64,000 nucleotides of DNA from an uncultured Chloroflexia bacterium. GTDB lineage: Bacteria; Chloroflexota; Limnocylindria; Limnocylindrales; CSP1-4. Below are positions 1-10,018 of the stretch, piece after piece. The notes below the pieces were generated by a model that was given only the letters and a program-made list of their open reading frames with translations, was not told where the DNA came from and did no database searches. Location of the stretch: NCBI GenBank assembly GCA_963813535.1, contig CAWEZH010000002.1:832001-896000 (forward strand), in the 5' to 3' direction. Every line of letters begins with the position of its first letter. Within the stretch, counting starts at the first letter, position 1. The translations under genes and the position numbers were made by a program.

Positions 1-20
1 CCGACGGACCGGCCGGCGCC

Positions 21-266
21 TCAGGGGCTGGCGCGCCTCCGCCGGATGCGTCGATCGGCGATCCGCCGCTCGGCGCCCTCCTCGGGCGGGCCCGGCTCGT
101 CGGGTGGGTTCACCCGGCGTGGCCGCTCGCGACGCTCGGTCGCTCGACGCTCGCGGTCCAGGACGGCACCACAGCGCGGGCAGCGGCGCTCCTCCGCGAA
201 CAGCGAATCGACCGGCGAGACCGTGTAGATCTGGCGACCACACGACCAGCAGGCAAGGTGCGGCAC
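21..266 (-). CDS. Small Zn-ribbon protein with Arg-rich ERRxx(E/D)RR motifs (81 aa)
   Basis: GTG at 266 after a purine-rich RBS (GGAAGGGGGA), just downstream of the trpB2 stop; CWSC...CPRC; ERRATERR and ERRIADRR. Confidence 0.7.
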   Translation of the reverse strand: MPHLACWSCGRQIYTVSPVDSLFAEERRCPRCGAVLDRERRATERRERPRRVNPPDEPGPPEEGAERRIADRRIRRRRASP

Positions 267-288
267 GGTGGTAGTCCCCCCTTCCCCG

Positions 289-1668
289 TCAGCCGATCGA
301 CGGCAGCGCGGCGAGCGCGGCCTCGACCTTTTCGCTGGGGTACTCGTAGTCCTCGAGCGAGCCGTCGAGATAGCGCTCGTAGGCGGCCAGATCGAAGTGG
401 CCGTGGCCGCACAGGTTGAACAGGATGACGCGCGCCTCACCGGCTTCCTTGGCCGCGATGGCCTCGTCGATGGCGACCCGGATCGCATGGGTCGGTTCGG
501 GAGCGGGCAGGATGCCCTCCGCTCGGGCGAAGAGCACACCAGCCTCGAAGCTCGCGCGCTGGTGCACGCTGCGCGCCTCGATGTCCCCGTGCTCCTTCAA
601 AAGGCTGACCAATGGCGACATGCCGTGATATCGCAGGCCGCCGGCATGGATCGGCTCAGGGATGAAGTCGTGGCCGAGCGTGTGCATCTTGGCCACCGGC
701 GCCATCTTGGCCGTGTCGCCGAAGTCGTACGCGTAGACACCCCGGGTGAGGCTGGGGGCCGCTTCGGGCTCGACCGCGATGATCCGATGGGAGGCGCCCT
801 CCCGAAGGTTCCGGCCGAGGAACGGGAACGTCAGGCCGGCGAAGTTCGACCCACCACCTGTGCAGCCGATGATGATGTCGGGCGACTCTCCGGCCATGCC
901 CATCTGCTCGATCGCCTCCTGACCGATCACGGTCTGGTGCAGGAGCACGTGGTTGAGCACGGAACCCAGCGAGTACTTGGTGTCGTCGCGGGTGGCCGCA
1001 TCCTCGACCGCCTCGCTGATCGCCATCCCGAGGGAGCCCGGGCTGTCCGGATGCTCTGCGAGGACCGACCGACCGTAGTTCGTCGTCGGGGACGGGCTGG
1101 CAACCACCTCGGCGCCGTACGTCTCCATGAGGATCCGCCGATACGGCTTCTGGTCGTAGCTGGCGCGGACCATGTAGACCTTGACGTCGAGACCGAAGAG
1201 CGCCCCGGCGAAGGCCATCGCGCTCCCCCACTGGCCGGCGCCGGTCTCGGTCGCGATCCGCGTGACGCCCTGTTCCTTGTTGTAGAACGCCTGAGCGATG
1301 GCGGTGTTGGGCTTGTGGCTACCGGCTGGGCTGACACCCTCGTACTTGTAGTAGATGTGCGCGGGTGTATCGAGGGCGCGCTCGAGTCGATGCGCGCGGT
1401 ACAGGGGGCTCGGCCGGTACAGGCGATACGCATCGCGGACGGGCTCCGGGATCTCGACCTCGCGGTCCTGCGATACCTCCTGGCCGATGAGCGCCATCGG
1501 GAAGAGGGGCGCGAGGTCGTCCGGGCCGATCGGCTCGAGCGTTGCCGGATGGAGATAGGGCGACGGTGGAACCGGCAGGTCCGCCGCGATGTTGTACCAG
1601 GACCGCGGGATGCGGCTCTCGTCGAGGACGAACTTGGTCTGACGTGGATCAGCAGCGACGGCTGACAT
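289..1668 (-). CDS. trpB2: TrpB-like PLP enzyme (tryptophan synthase beta, TrpB2 type)
   Basis: [47 protein letters not shown] motifs; GGAGG RBS. Confidence 0.95.
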   Translation of the reverse strand: MSAVAADPRQTKFVLDESRIPRSWYNIAADLPVPPSPYLHPATLEPIGPDDLAPLFPMALIGQEVSQDREVEIPEPVRDAYRLYRPSPLYRAHRLERALDTPAHIYYKYEGVSPAGSHKPNTAIAQAFYNKEQGVTRIATETGAGQWGSAMAFAGALFGLDVKVYMVRASYDQKPYRRILMETYGAEVVASPSPTTNYGRSVLAEHPDSPGSLGMAISEAVEDAATRDDTKYSLGSVLNHVLLHQTVIGQEAIEQMGMAGESPDIIIGCTGGGSNFAGLTFPFLGRNLREGASHRIIAVEPEAAPSLTRGVYAYDFGDTAKMAPVAKMHTLGHDFIPEPIHAGGLRYHGMSPLVSLLKEHGDIEARSVHQRASFEAGVLFARAEGILPAPEPTHAIRVAIDEAIAAKEAGEARVILFNLCGHGHFDLAAYERYLDGSLEDYEYPSEKVEAALAALPSIG

Positions 1669-1724
1669 CCGTGGCCCTCCCGGAGGTCCCGCCGCGGTGA
1701 CGTCGAGCGGTCGGGGGCGCGAGC

Positions 1725-2570
1725 CTATCGCGCGCGGCGGCGCGGGCGCAACCGTTCGATGCGGAGCGACCGTCCGCCGGCCGCCAGGAGCAGCGGCATG
1801 ACGATCACGATGCCCTCGTCCCGGTCATCGTCGTCGTCGTCGTCATCGCCGTCGCGGTCCTTGTCCTTGTCCTTGTCCTTATCCCGGTCGTGGTCCTTGT
1901 CCTTGTCGCGGTCGTGGTCGCGGTCCTTGTCCTTGTCGCGGTCCTTGTCCTTGTCCCGGTCGTGGTGGTCGTTGTCGTCGTCGTCCTTGTCCCGGTCGTG
2001 GTGGTCCTTGTCGTCGTCGTCCTTGCCGTCATGGTCATCATCGCCGGGACGCGCCGTCGGCCACGGGGTCGGCTGAGGCGCAGCCGTCGGCTTGGCCGTT
2101 GGCGCCGGGGTCGCGATGGCGGTCGGCGCAGGGGTCGGCTTGGCGGTCGGTGCGGCGGTGGGTCGGGCGGTCGGAGCGGCGGTCCGGGTCGGTCGTGGGG
2201 CGGCCGGTGGGTTCACCACCGGGTTCACCGCCGGTCGCGTCGTCGAAGCCGGCCGGACCGGGCGCGGTGTCGGTGTGGGCTGGAGTCGCGTCGGGGCGCT
2301 CGGTGCCGGGGACGGAGTCGGTGCGACGACCGACGTCGTGGGCGTCGGTGTGGCAAGGCCAGATGTGGGCGTGGAGATCGCCGGGGCACGTCCTGTCGGG
2401 GTCGCCGTCGGGGCCGGGGTCGGCGGCTCGACGACGGCGACCAGCGGCGGGGAGGACGCTGCGGACCGCTGCTGGAGTCCGACGCCGCCGATGCCGAGTG
2501 CGATCGTCGCGAGGGCAAGATTCAGGACGCCAAGGCTCAGGACGAGTCTGGCGCGCTGAGCGTCGGTCAC
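1725..2570 (-). CDS. Membrane-anchored hypothetical protein with Pro/Thr/Ala linker and Asp/Lys/His/Arg repeat tract
   Basis: N-terminal hydrophobic helix, PT-rich stalk, DKDRDHD repeats, short hydrophobic plus basic C-terminus. Confidence 0.7.
   Translation of the reverse strand: MTDAQRARLVLSLGVLNLALATIALGIGGVGLQQRSAASSPPLVAVVEPPTPAPTATPTGRAPAISTPTSGLATPTPTTSVVAPTPSPAPSAPTRLQPTPTPRPVRPASTTRPAVNPVVNPPAAPRPTRTAAPTARPTAAPTAKPTPAPTAIATPAPTAKPTAAPQPTPWPTARPGDDDHDGKDDDDKDHHDRDKDDDDNDHHDRDKDKDRDKDKDRDHDRDKDKDHDRDKDKDKDKDRDGDDDDDDDDRDEGIVIVMPLLLAAGGRSLRIERLRPRRRAR
1850..2045. repeat. Coding 6-bp-period low-complexity repeat (GTCCTT / GTCGTG units)
   Basis: Tandem gtccttgtccttgtcc... encoding DK/DR/DH dipeptides. 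Confidence 0.85.
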
Positions 2571-2648
2571 GGCGATATGGGAACTCCGTCGATCCGGGGG
2601 GGCGGGTCTGGGAGACCCAATGGTACCAAGGCTGGTGCTCGGTCCGCC

Positions 2649-3278
2649 CTAGGCGAGATTCCGTATTGCGACGGGCAGGTATCGTGCGGGACCGCCTCCG
2701 GTGACGCTCTCGAACAGTCCGATGCGGTCCACGCGGACCGGGATCCGACGCTCGGCGACGGCCGCGCCGAGGCGTTCCGCGATGAGCCGTCCGGCCGCGA
2801 CGCCGTCCGAACGGGCGAGCGTGAGGTGGGCCCGGAATGGTCGATCCGTGCGCGCCCACCCCCGGCGAGCAAGCTCCGAATCGGTCGTGGCCGCGAGTCG
2901 TTCGAGGTGTTCGGTCGCGGTCTCGACACCGATCCACAGAGCCCGCGGCCGGCCTCCGGCCGGGAACGTGCCAGAACCGGCGAGCTCGAGCTCGATCGGA
3001 CCCTCCGTCGATGCTGCCGCGGCTTCGACGGCTTCGATCGCTGCCGGGATACGTGCCTCGTCCGTCGGTCCGAGGAAGCGCATCGTCAGGTGCAGACCGT
3101 CGAGGCGCACCCAGCGCACATCGCGCGCCCCCGCGGGGAGAGGTTCGGCGCGGACCGAGCCGACGATCGCACCGACTTCATCGACCGCCGCTTCGGGGAG
3201 GGGCACGGCGATGAACAGACGGGGCTCGGAAGGCGCCCCGCGCGCGTCGGCGGCGAGCGGGTCCCGGCCGTCCCTCAC
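2649..3278 (-). CDS. thpR: RNA 2',3'-cyclic phosphodiesterase (2H phosphoesterase, LigT/ThpR)
   Basis: RLFIAV, HLTMRFLG and HLTLAR HxT motifs; GTG overlaps the ppa stop (GTGA). Confidence 0.9.
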   Translation of the reverse strand: MRDGRDPLAADARGAPSEPRLFIAVPLPEAAVDEVGAIVGSVRAEPLPAGARDVRWVRLDGLHLTMRFLGPTDEARIPAAIEAVEAAAASTEGPIELELAGSGTFPAGGRPRALWIGVETATEHLERLAATTDSELARRGWARTDRPFRAHLTLARSDGVAAGRLIAERLGAAVAERRIPVRVDRIGLFESVTGGGPARYLPVAIRNLA

Positions 3279-3802
3279 CCGGGCTGGGCGACGGCGTCGC
3301 GCTCCCGCAGCCACGCCGCCCGGTCGTCCCGCAGCACCTGGAGGGCCGCGTCGTGGTCACGCCACCCGACGACGTCGACGGCCTTGTCCTCGAGCATCTT
3401 GTACGTCTGGAAGAAGTGCTCGATCTCGACGAGGCGATGAGGCCGGACCTGGTCGAGGCGCTCGATGTGCTGCTGATGGGAGTCACCGAGGGCGACGCAC
3501 AGGACCTTGAAATCGAACCCCTTCTCGTCGCGCATCTCGAGGCCGCCGATCGGGCGCGCCCAGACGTGACAGCCGGTGAACGTCGGCTCATCGATGACGA
3601 GCAGCGCATCGGTGTGGTCGCCATCACCGGCGCGCGTCCCCTCGATGAAGCCGTAGTCGAAGTTGTAGAACACCGCACTGCTGAGAACGCGATCGAGGCG
3701 GAAGACGCCGGCTTCCTCGTCGAACTCGTACTTGTTGCGTGAGCCACGCGGGATCTCGACGACGATCTCGATCACATCGGGGTATTCGCCGGGGCTGCGC
3801 AT
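3275..3802 (-). CDS. ppa: Family I inorganic pyrophosphatase
   Basis: EIPRGSRNKYE, RLDRVL, YGFI, DGDHTD motifs. Confidence 0.95.
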   Translation of the reverse strand: MRSPGEYPDVIEIVVEIPRGSRNKYEFDEEAGVFRLDRVLSSAVFYNFDYGFIEGTRAGDGDHTDALLVIDEPTFTGCHVWARPIGGLEMRDEKGFDFKVLCVALGDSHQQHIERLDQVRPHRLVEIEHFFQTYKMLEDKAVDVVGWRDHDAALQVLRDDRAAWLRERDAVAQPG

Positions 3803-4025
3803 ATGGCGAGTGTAGGCGCGGCGGGTCGCGTCGGCGGATCAGTCGTCGTAGAGAGGCGAGTCCTCCGACCCGATGCGCTCCGCAGAGCGCGCACGGACCT
3901 CGTTCGTCGGCGGATCAGGCGGTGTCAGCGCAAGGCGGAGCCGAGTACCGGAGCGAGCGCACCCACGGTGCGTGAGCGACGGGCGCAGGCGACAACGCGG
4001 CGATGGCGCCGCATCATCCGCCGAC

Positions 4026-5159
4026 TCAGTCGTTGTAGAGACGTTCCTCGATCAACTTCTCCTGCACGGTCCGACCGTTCGGGTCGAAGCAGGAGAACTC
4101 GAAGTGCTTCTCGAACTCGAGGTCCACGTTGTCCTGGCCACCACGGTTCTTCTCGACCGACACCACGACCCAGTCCCGGAAGCGCTGCGCCTGGTACGGA
4201 TTGAACTCGATGTTGACCTTGGCGACGATGTGGTACTTCTCGTTCAGGATCAGGATGATGTCGGCCTCGTAGTTGATCGCCGACGAGCCGCGCAAGTGGA
4301 AGTTGCGCAGGCGCGAGGCCTTGAGGCCCTCCTTGTCGGCCGCCACGATCGACACCATCGGGACGTCCTCGGACAGCGCGATGTCCTTGAGGCCGTTGAC
4401 GATGAAGGTGACCTTCTCCGACTCGTTCTCCGGCTCGGGGACCTGGGGCACCTTCTGCATGTAGTCGACGAAGACGACGAGTCGCCGGTCGCCCGAGAGC
4501 GCGCGATGCTGCTGGACGAGCTTGCGGACGTTGTCGATGGTGCTGGCGGTCTGCGAGCCGCGGAGCAGGAACAGGTTCTGCCCGTAGCGCGCGATGCGAT
4601 CGAGCGACGGCCGGAGACGCGGGTTGTTGGCGAGCTGCGGGCTCGCGGCACCCTCGGCCATCCACGTGCCGAGGATCTCCTTGCGCACGTCCTGGATCTT
4701 GATCGCGCCGGTCTTGTGGGGCAGGTGCGCCAAGGCCGACTCCATCGCGATGAGGCGATTCATCAGGTACGCCTCGTCGTGCTCGAAGCACAGGTAGAGG
4801 ACGTTGGCCTGCCCGCCCGACGCGATGTTGCGCGCCATCTGGAGCGCCATCGTCGTCTTGCCGGTGCCCTGGGCGCCACCGATGAGCAGCAGCTCGCCGG
4901 CTCGCAGCCCGGTGCCGATCGTCTTGTCGAGGGGGGTGAAGCCCAGTGGAACGGGCTGGTACTCGGCTAGGTTGCCGGTCGTCACGCGCTCGTTGAGGTC
5001 GACGAGCACGTCGAGCGCAGACCTCGGCGCCATGCTCCCGTTGTCGGTATCGAGCCGCCACCCACGCGCGGCGGGCGCAGGCGCGACGTTGGCTTCAGTT
5101 TCGAGATCGGTGCTCACGCGGTCGGATCCTCCCCGGAGGGCGGCGCTCTTGGCGCTCAT
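4026..5159 (-). CDS. DnaB-like helicase C-terminal (RecA-fold) ATPase lacking the DnaB N-terminal domain
   Basis: GFTPLD, Walker A GAQGTGKT, VFVDYMQ, LRGSSAINYEAD, KNRGG; -10 TAGATT 6 nt before the ATG. Confidence 0.85.
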   Translation of the reverse strand: MSAKSAALRGGSDRVSTDLETEANVAPAPAARGWRLDTDNGSMAPRSALDVLVDLNERVTTGNLAEYQPVPLGFTPLDKTIGTGLRAGELLLIGGAQGTGKTTMALQMARNIASGGQANVLYLCFEHDEAYLMNRLIAMESALAHLPHKTGAIKIQDVRKEILGTWMAEGAASPQLANNPRLRPSLDRIARYGQNLFLLRGSQTASTIDNVRKLVQQHRALSGDRRLVVFVDYMQKVPQVPEPENESEKVTFIVNGLKDIALSEDVPMVSIVAADKEGLKASRLRNFHLRGSSAINYEADIILILNEKYHIVAKVNIEFNPYQAQRFRDWVVVSVEKNRGGQDNVDLEFEKHFEFSCFDPNGRTVQEKLIEERLYND

Positions 5160-5195
5160 GGACGAAATCTAGGGCAGTGGCGGGTCTAGACCGTA

Positions 5196-6620
5196 TCACC
5201 CATCCGTACTGCGCCGGTCCGGACCTGTCTCATCGAGAGCGGCGATCTCATCGAACGTGCCGACGATCGTCCGGATGGCGCCCTCGTAGTTCCGGAGGTC
5301 GAACCACTCGTTCGGCGCGTGGGCGAGGTCGTTCGGCTGGGTGAAGCCTTCGAGCACGACCGGCAGGCCCAGGATCGCCTGGAAGCTGGCGGCGATCGGG
5401 ATCGAGCCACCGGAATTGATGAGGACGGGTGCGCGACCGAATACCGCCTCCAGGGCCCGCGCCGCCGCACCGACGAACGGGTGATCGATGGGTGTCCTGG
5501 TGGCACGACCCATCCCCAGCGGGGTGACGGTGACGTCGACACCGGGCGGGGCGATCTCCTCGACGAAGGCCTTGAACTTCTCGAACACGTCATTCGGTTC
5601 CTGGTCGGCGACGAGTCGCGTACTGATCTTCGCGTGGGCGGTCGCCGGGATGATCGTCTTCGAGCCTTCGCCCTGGAAGCCACCCCAGATGCCGTTGACG
5701 TCGAGCGTCGGCCGAACCGACTTCCGCTCCAGGGTCGAGTAACCCGACTCACCGACCAGAGCAGGTACGCCGGTCTCGACTCGGAACGCCTCTTCATCGA
5801 ACGGCAGCGCAGCGATGGCCTCCCGCTCGGAATCGGTCGACGCGACGACGTCGTCGTAGAAGCCCGGGATGCGGATCCGACCGTCCGCTCCCTTCAGCGC
5901 AGCGATGATCTGGGCGAGGGCGACCACCGGATTGGCGACGGCGCCTCCGTAGCTCCCCGAATGGAGGTCGATCGCGCCGAGGCGGACGTCGATCTGCGCA
6001 TACATCAGGCCGCGCAGCGAGACCGTGATCGCCGGGACGTTGCCCTCGAAGAAGCCCGTGTCGCTGATGATCGCGGCGTCGGCACCCAGGCGTTCACGGT
6101 TGGCCGTCAGCCATGGATCGAGGTGGACGCTCGAGCTCTCCTCCTCGCCCTCGAAGACGTACCGGACGTTGACGGGCAGGCTGCCGCGGGTCGCGAGCAG
6201 GGTCGCCGCCGCGACGACGTGGGCGTGGATCTGGCCCTTGTCATCGGCCGAACCCCGACCGATGAGCCGCTCGCCATCGACCACGGGCTCGAACGGCTCC
6301 GTGCGCCACTCGTCGAGGGGGTCGACGGGCTGGACGTCGTAGTGACCGTAGACGATCACCGTGGGCGCGCCCTCGGCGTGGAGCCAGTCGCCGTAGACGA
6401 TCGGGTGGCCGCCGGTCTCGCTGACATCGACGTTCTCGATACCGGCGGAACGGAGCTCGTCGGCGAGCCACTCGGCCGCGCGACGGACGTCGGGAGCGTG
6501 CTCGGGCAGGGCCGAGATGCTCGGGATGCGGAGGAACGCCTTGAGTCGCTCCAGGCGCTCGTCGCGGTGCGCGTCGAGGTACGACTCGAGCTCGGCAGGG
6601 TCAGCGATACGGTCGGACAT
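5196..6620 (-). CDS. M20 family dipeptidase
   Basis: YGHYDVQP, GRGSADDKG, EGEEE, DLHSG, HAPNE. Confidence 0.92.
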   Translation of the reverse strand: MSDRIADPAELESYLDAHRDERLERLKAFLRIPSISALPEHAPDVRRAAEWLADELRSAGIENVDVSETGGHPIVYGDWLHAEGAPTVIVYGHYDVQPVDPLDEWRTEPFEPVVDGERLIGRGSADDKGQIHAHVVAAATLLATRGSLPVNVRYVFEGEEESSSVHLDPWLTANRERLGADAAIISDTGFFEGNVPAITVSLRGLMYAQIDVRLGAIDLHSGSYGGAVANPVVALAQIIAALKGADGRIRIPGFYDDVVASTDSEREAIAALPFDEEAFRVETGVPALVGESGYSTLERKSVRPTLDVNGIWGGFQGEGSKTIIPATAHAKISTRLVADQEPNDVFEKFKAFVEEIAPPGVDVTVTPLGMGRATRTPIDHPFVGAAARALEAVFGRAPVLINSGGSIPIAASFQAILGLPVVLEGFTQPNDLAHAPNEWFDLRNYEGAIRTIVGTFDEIAALDETGPDRRSTDG

Positions 6621-6684
6621 GGGCCGGAAGTCTATCGGCGGGCGCCGCGGGGCGTTGAGTCAGTGGTAAGCGTTCGCCTCCACG

Positions 6685-7392
6685 ATGTCGTCCGTGGCCG
6701 AGTCACGGATCTCCCGCGCGGATCGGCGGGCGAGGACCATCGGCGAACGCGTCGGCTTGGAGTTGCGCCAAGCGCGACTCATCGCTGGACTCACCCTCAC
6801 GCGGGTGGCAGGTGCCGTTCGCCTGTCGGCGAGCGAGGTCAGCCGGATCGAGCGCGGTCGTGCCGCCTGGGTGGATGTGCCCACGCTCGCCCGACTTGCG
6901 GCGGTCGTCGGGCTCGACCTTTGGGTGCGCCTCTACCCCGGCGGGGAGCCCCTGCGCGACATGGCGCACCTCGCTCTCACCGATGCCTTTCGCGCGATGG
7001 TCGGGCCGGGGCTGATCGTCCGGGCCGAGGTCCCGATCGGGGATCCACGTGACCTGCGCGCGTGGGATCTCACTCTCACGGATCGACGATCCGGGTGCTG
7101 CGGGGTCGAGCTCGAGACCCGGCTGGTCGATGCTCAGGATCAGGCACGTCGAGTAGCGCGCAAGGCCGGCGATTCCGGATCCGAGCGGGTCCTCCTGGTC
7201 GTCGCTGACAGCCGAGCCAACCGGGCTGCCGTCCAGGCCGCGGCGCCCCTGCTCTCAGCGACCTTCGCGATCGACGATCCGGCGGCCTACGACGCCCTGG
7301 CTCGGGGTGACGTGCCACCGCGGGACGCGCTCATCCTTGTGAAGGTGCCGCGGCCGCGCCGGAGGCACCCATTGCCGTCGCACGGCAGCTGA
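6685..7392 (+). CDS. XRE-type HTH fused to a PD-(D/E)XK restriction-endonuclease-like domain
   Basis: N-terminal LRQARLIAGLTLTRVA...SEVSRIERG HTH; C-terminal AEV...WDLTL...GVELETR pattern. Confidence 0.75.
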   Translation: MSSVAESRISRADRRARTIGERVGLELRQARLIAGLTLTRVAGAVRLSASEVSRIERGRAAWVDVPTLARLAAVVGLDLWVRLYPGGEPLRDMAHLALTDAFRAMVGPGLIVRAEVPIGDPRDLRAWDLTLTDRRSGCCGVELETRLVDAQDQARRVARKAGDSGSERVLLVVADSRANRAAVQAAAPLLSATFAIDDPAAYDALARGDVPPRDALILVKVPRPRRRHPLPSHGS

Positions 7393-7593
7393 CGACGCGT
7401 TCGGCCTCGTTAGCGTCGTCCTTTGCCGCACCACGGTAGAAACACGCTCCGGTTGCCGCTCCACGGCATGCTAGCGGGCATAGCGAGCCACCGGCGTCGC
7501 CAGCTGCCGCCCCACGGCAACGACGGCCAGTCTCACGGACACAGCGGTCGATCGTTGCCGCCCCACGGCCGGTCAGGCGGCACTCCACGGCAA
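7372..7593. repeat. Array of 17-bp palindromic repeats, consensus TTGCCG-CNCCA-CGGCAA, with unique spacers
   Basis: Copies at 7372, 7423, 7453, 7504, 7555 and a degenerate copy at 7577; periods 51, 30, 51, 51, 22. Confidence 0.8.
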
Positions 7594-7663
7594 TGCAGGC
7601 GGCGCGGCCGCCGGCCGGCGCCACGGCGCGACGCAGGCGGCACGGCCACAGCCCCGGAATCGA

Positions 7664-7692
7664 ACGAGCGGGCCGGAGTTCGGCCCGCTCGT
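7664..7692. terminator. Strong hairpin, probable terminator of ftsH (possibly bidirectional)
   Basis: ACGAGCGGGCCG-gagtt-CGGCCCGCTCGT, 12-bp perfect stem; weak U-tract. Confidence 0.6.
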
Positions 7693-7751
7693 CGCGGCGT
7701 ACGTGTTCTGGAGGCCCTTCGACGCCGTGGTGGCGCCGGATCAGCAGCCGG

Positions 7752-9659
7752 TCAGGCCGGCTGCGGGTTGGGCTCGGGGATCGGCTGTCCTGGTCCGATG
7801 ACCGATGGCACGCCGCTGTCGGTGGACTTCGGTGGCAGGTCCGTGAAGAGCGTCTCGAACCCTTCGGCGTCGACGGTCTCCTCGGCCACGAGCTTCTCGG
7901 CAAGGGCCACGAGGCGGTCGCGGTGGGTCGTCAGGACCTCCGTCGCTCGCTCGTACGCCTTGTCGATGATGGCGCGGACTTCCTCGTCGATCTGCTTCGC
8001 GATCTCGTCGCTGTAGTTGCGCTGCTCGCCGATCTCGCGGCCGAGGAAGACCAGCTCGTCGCGCTTCCCGAAGGACAGCGGGCCGAGCTTGTCGCTCATG
8101 CCGAACTCGGTGACCATGCGCCGCGCGAGGTCGGTCGCCTTCTCGATGTCATTGCTGGCACCGGTCGTGGTGTCTCCGAAGATGAGTCGTTCGGCGACAT
8201 TGCCGCCGAGCAGGCCCGCGATCTTGTCCTCGAACTCGGTCTTGGACTGCAGATAGCGGTCCTCCTGGGGCAACGCCATCGTATAGCCGAGGGCCATGCC
8301 GCGGCTGATGATCGTCACCTTGCTGACCGGGTCGCACTTCGGCAGGATCCGCTGGACCACGGCGTGACCACCCTCGTGGTAGGCGATGATCGCCTTCTCG
8401 GCATCCGAGATGACGCGTGACTTGCGCTCCGGTCCGGCCACGATCCGCTCCAGGGCCTCCTGGAACTCGGACATGCCGATGACCTTCTTGTTGCGACGGG
8501 CCGAGAGGATCGCCGCCTCATTCACGAGGTTGGCGAGGTCGGCGCCCGAGAAACCCGGCGACTGTCGCGCGACGCCGGCGACGTCGACGCCCTTGTCGAG
8601 CGGCTTGCCCTTGGTGTGCACGTTCAGGATCTCGACACGACCCTTCATGTCCGGGCGGTCGAGGATGACCTGGCGGTCGAAGCGGCCGGGCCGCAGGAGC
8701 GCCGGATCGAGCACGTCGGGCCGGTTCGTGGCTGCGACGACGATGACGTTCGTGTTCGTATCGAAGCCATCCATCTCGACGAGGATCTGGTTGAGGGTCT
8801 GCTCGCGCTCGTCATGGCTGCCGCCCAGGCCGGCGCCGCGCTGGCGTCCGACCGCGTCGATCTCGTCGACGAAGACGATGCACGGCGAATTGCGCTTGGC
8901 CTGGTCGAACAGGTCGCGGACGCGGCTGGCGCCGACGCCGACGAACATCTCGACGAACTCCGAGCCCGAGATGCTGAAGAACGGCACGCCCGCCTCACCG
9001 GCGACCGCGCGAGCCATCAGCGTCTTGCCGGTGCCCGGAGGGCCGACGAGCAGCACGCCACGCGGGATGCGCGCGCCGAGCGAGTTGAACTTCTCGGGGA
9101 ACTTCAGGAACTCGACGACCTCCTGGAGCTCGGTCTTGGCCTCGTCGACGCCGGCCACATCGGCGAACGTCACCACGGTCTTGTTGCCGAGGAACATCCG
9201 CGCGCGGCTCTTGCCGAACGAGAGGGCCTGGTTATTCGTGCCCTGCGCCTGGCGCATCATGAAGAAGATGAAGCCGCCGATGATCAGCAGTGGCAATACG
9301 GCGGTGAGCAGCAGGCCCAGCCACGACGTGTCGGGCGCGGGGGTCGCCTGGAAGATGTTGTCCGGCAACGGCTTGCCGCCCTTGTCGGCGGCCGCCAGCA
9401 TGTCGGGGAACACCTGGGTCAGGACCGTGGGGACGATGACCGTATAGGTGGTGGGCGGTTGGTCGTTCCGTTCGACCGTCAGCGTCGTGCCCTGCTGGGT
9501 GACCTTGGCGATCTTGCCCTGGCTAACCTCGGCCAGGAACTGGGAATAGCCGGTGTTGGTCGGCTGGCCTGTGGTCGTGATCCATGTGAACAGCAGTGCT
9601 GCCGTGCCGACCACAAGCACGAGCATCACGATGCCGTTCCGGAAGAACTTGGGGTTCAA
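7752..9659 (-). CDS. ftsH: ATP-dependent zinc metalloprotease FtsH
   Basis: Two TM helices, [22 protein letters not shown]; TTG start after GGAGG. Confidence 0.97.
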   Translation of the reverse strand: MNPKFFRNGIVMLVLVVGTAALLFTWITTTGQPTNTGYSQFLAEVSQGKIAKVTQQGTTLTVERNDQPPTTYTVIVPTVLTQVFPDMLAAADKGGKPLPDNIFQATPAPDTSWLGLLLTAVLPLLIIGGFIFFMMRQAQGTNNQALSFGKSRARMFLGNKTVVTFADVAGVDEAKTELQEVVEFLKFPEKFNSLGARIPRGVLLVGPPGTGKTLMARAVAGEAGVPFFSISGSEFVEMFVGVGASRVRDLFDQAKRNSPCIVFVDEIDAVGRQRGAGLGGSHDEREQTLNQILVEMDGFDTNTNVIVVAATNRPDVLDPALLRPGRFDRQVILDRPDMKGRVEILNVHTKGKPLDKGVDVAGVARQSPGFSGADLANLVNEAAILSARRNKKVIGMSEFQEALERIVAGPERKSRVISDAEKAIIAYHEGGHAVVQRILPKCDPVSKVTIISRGMALGYTMALPQEDRYLQSKTEFEDKIAGLLGGNVAERLIFGDTTTGASNDIEKATDLARRMVTEFGMSDKLGPLSFGKRDELVFLGREIGEQRNYSDEIAKQIDEEVRAIIDKAYERATEVLTTHRDRLVALAEKLVAEETVDAEGFETLFTDLPPKSTDSGVPSVIGPGQPIPEPNPQPA

Positions 9660-9884
9660 CGAGAAGCCTCCGGGTGAAGTGAGCGACCACGAAGCGCCGC
9701 CACGTGTCGCGAGTATACCGTCGAGGGCCCGCCAGACCCCCTGACCGAGGTCATGCCCTCGATCATCCCTACGGACGATCGCAGCCGACGGATGGCGACG
9801 GCAGCGAACGTCAAGAAATCGAAACGAGTCCGCGATCGATCGTCGGGCCGGGGAGACGCCGACGCGTCGCGGTGTGACGAGGCG

Positions 9885-9959
9885 TGGTAGCGGAGGGCGG
9901 ATTCGAACCACCGGCCAAGGGCTTATGAGTCCCCTGCTCTACCACTGAGCTACTCCGCC
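9885..9959 (-). tRNA. tRNA-Met (CAT), elongator type
   Basis: Cloverleaf GGCGGAG...CT-CAT-AA...TTCGAAT...CTCCGCTACCA with encoded CCA; paired 1-72 (not initiator); G4-C69 argues against Ile2; -10 TAGAAT upstream. Confidence 0.93.
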
Positions 9960-10018
9960 GTGGGCCGGGATTCTAGCTTCGATATCGGCGGACCGCACGG
10001 GATCGGTCGATGCGTGCC

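Noticed and set aside
7372-7593. Canonical CRISPR array
   Set aside because: The repeats are only 17 bp, degenerate and irregularly spaced, with no cas genes or leader; reported as a non-CRISPR array instead.
7423-8016. 197-aa plus-strand ORF with LPxHG repeats as a real gene
   Set aside because: TTG start without an RBS; it runs through the ftsH terminator hairpin and antisense into ftsH.
9885-9959. tRNA-Met as an island integration site
   Set aside because: No integrase, and I saw no duplicated tRNA 3' end in the window.
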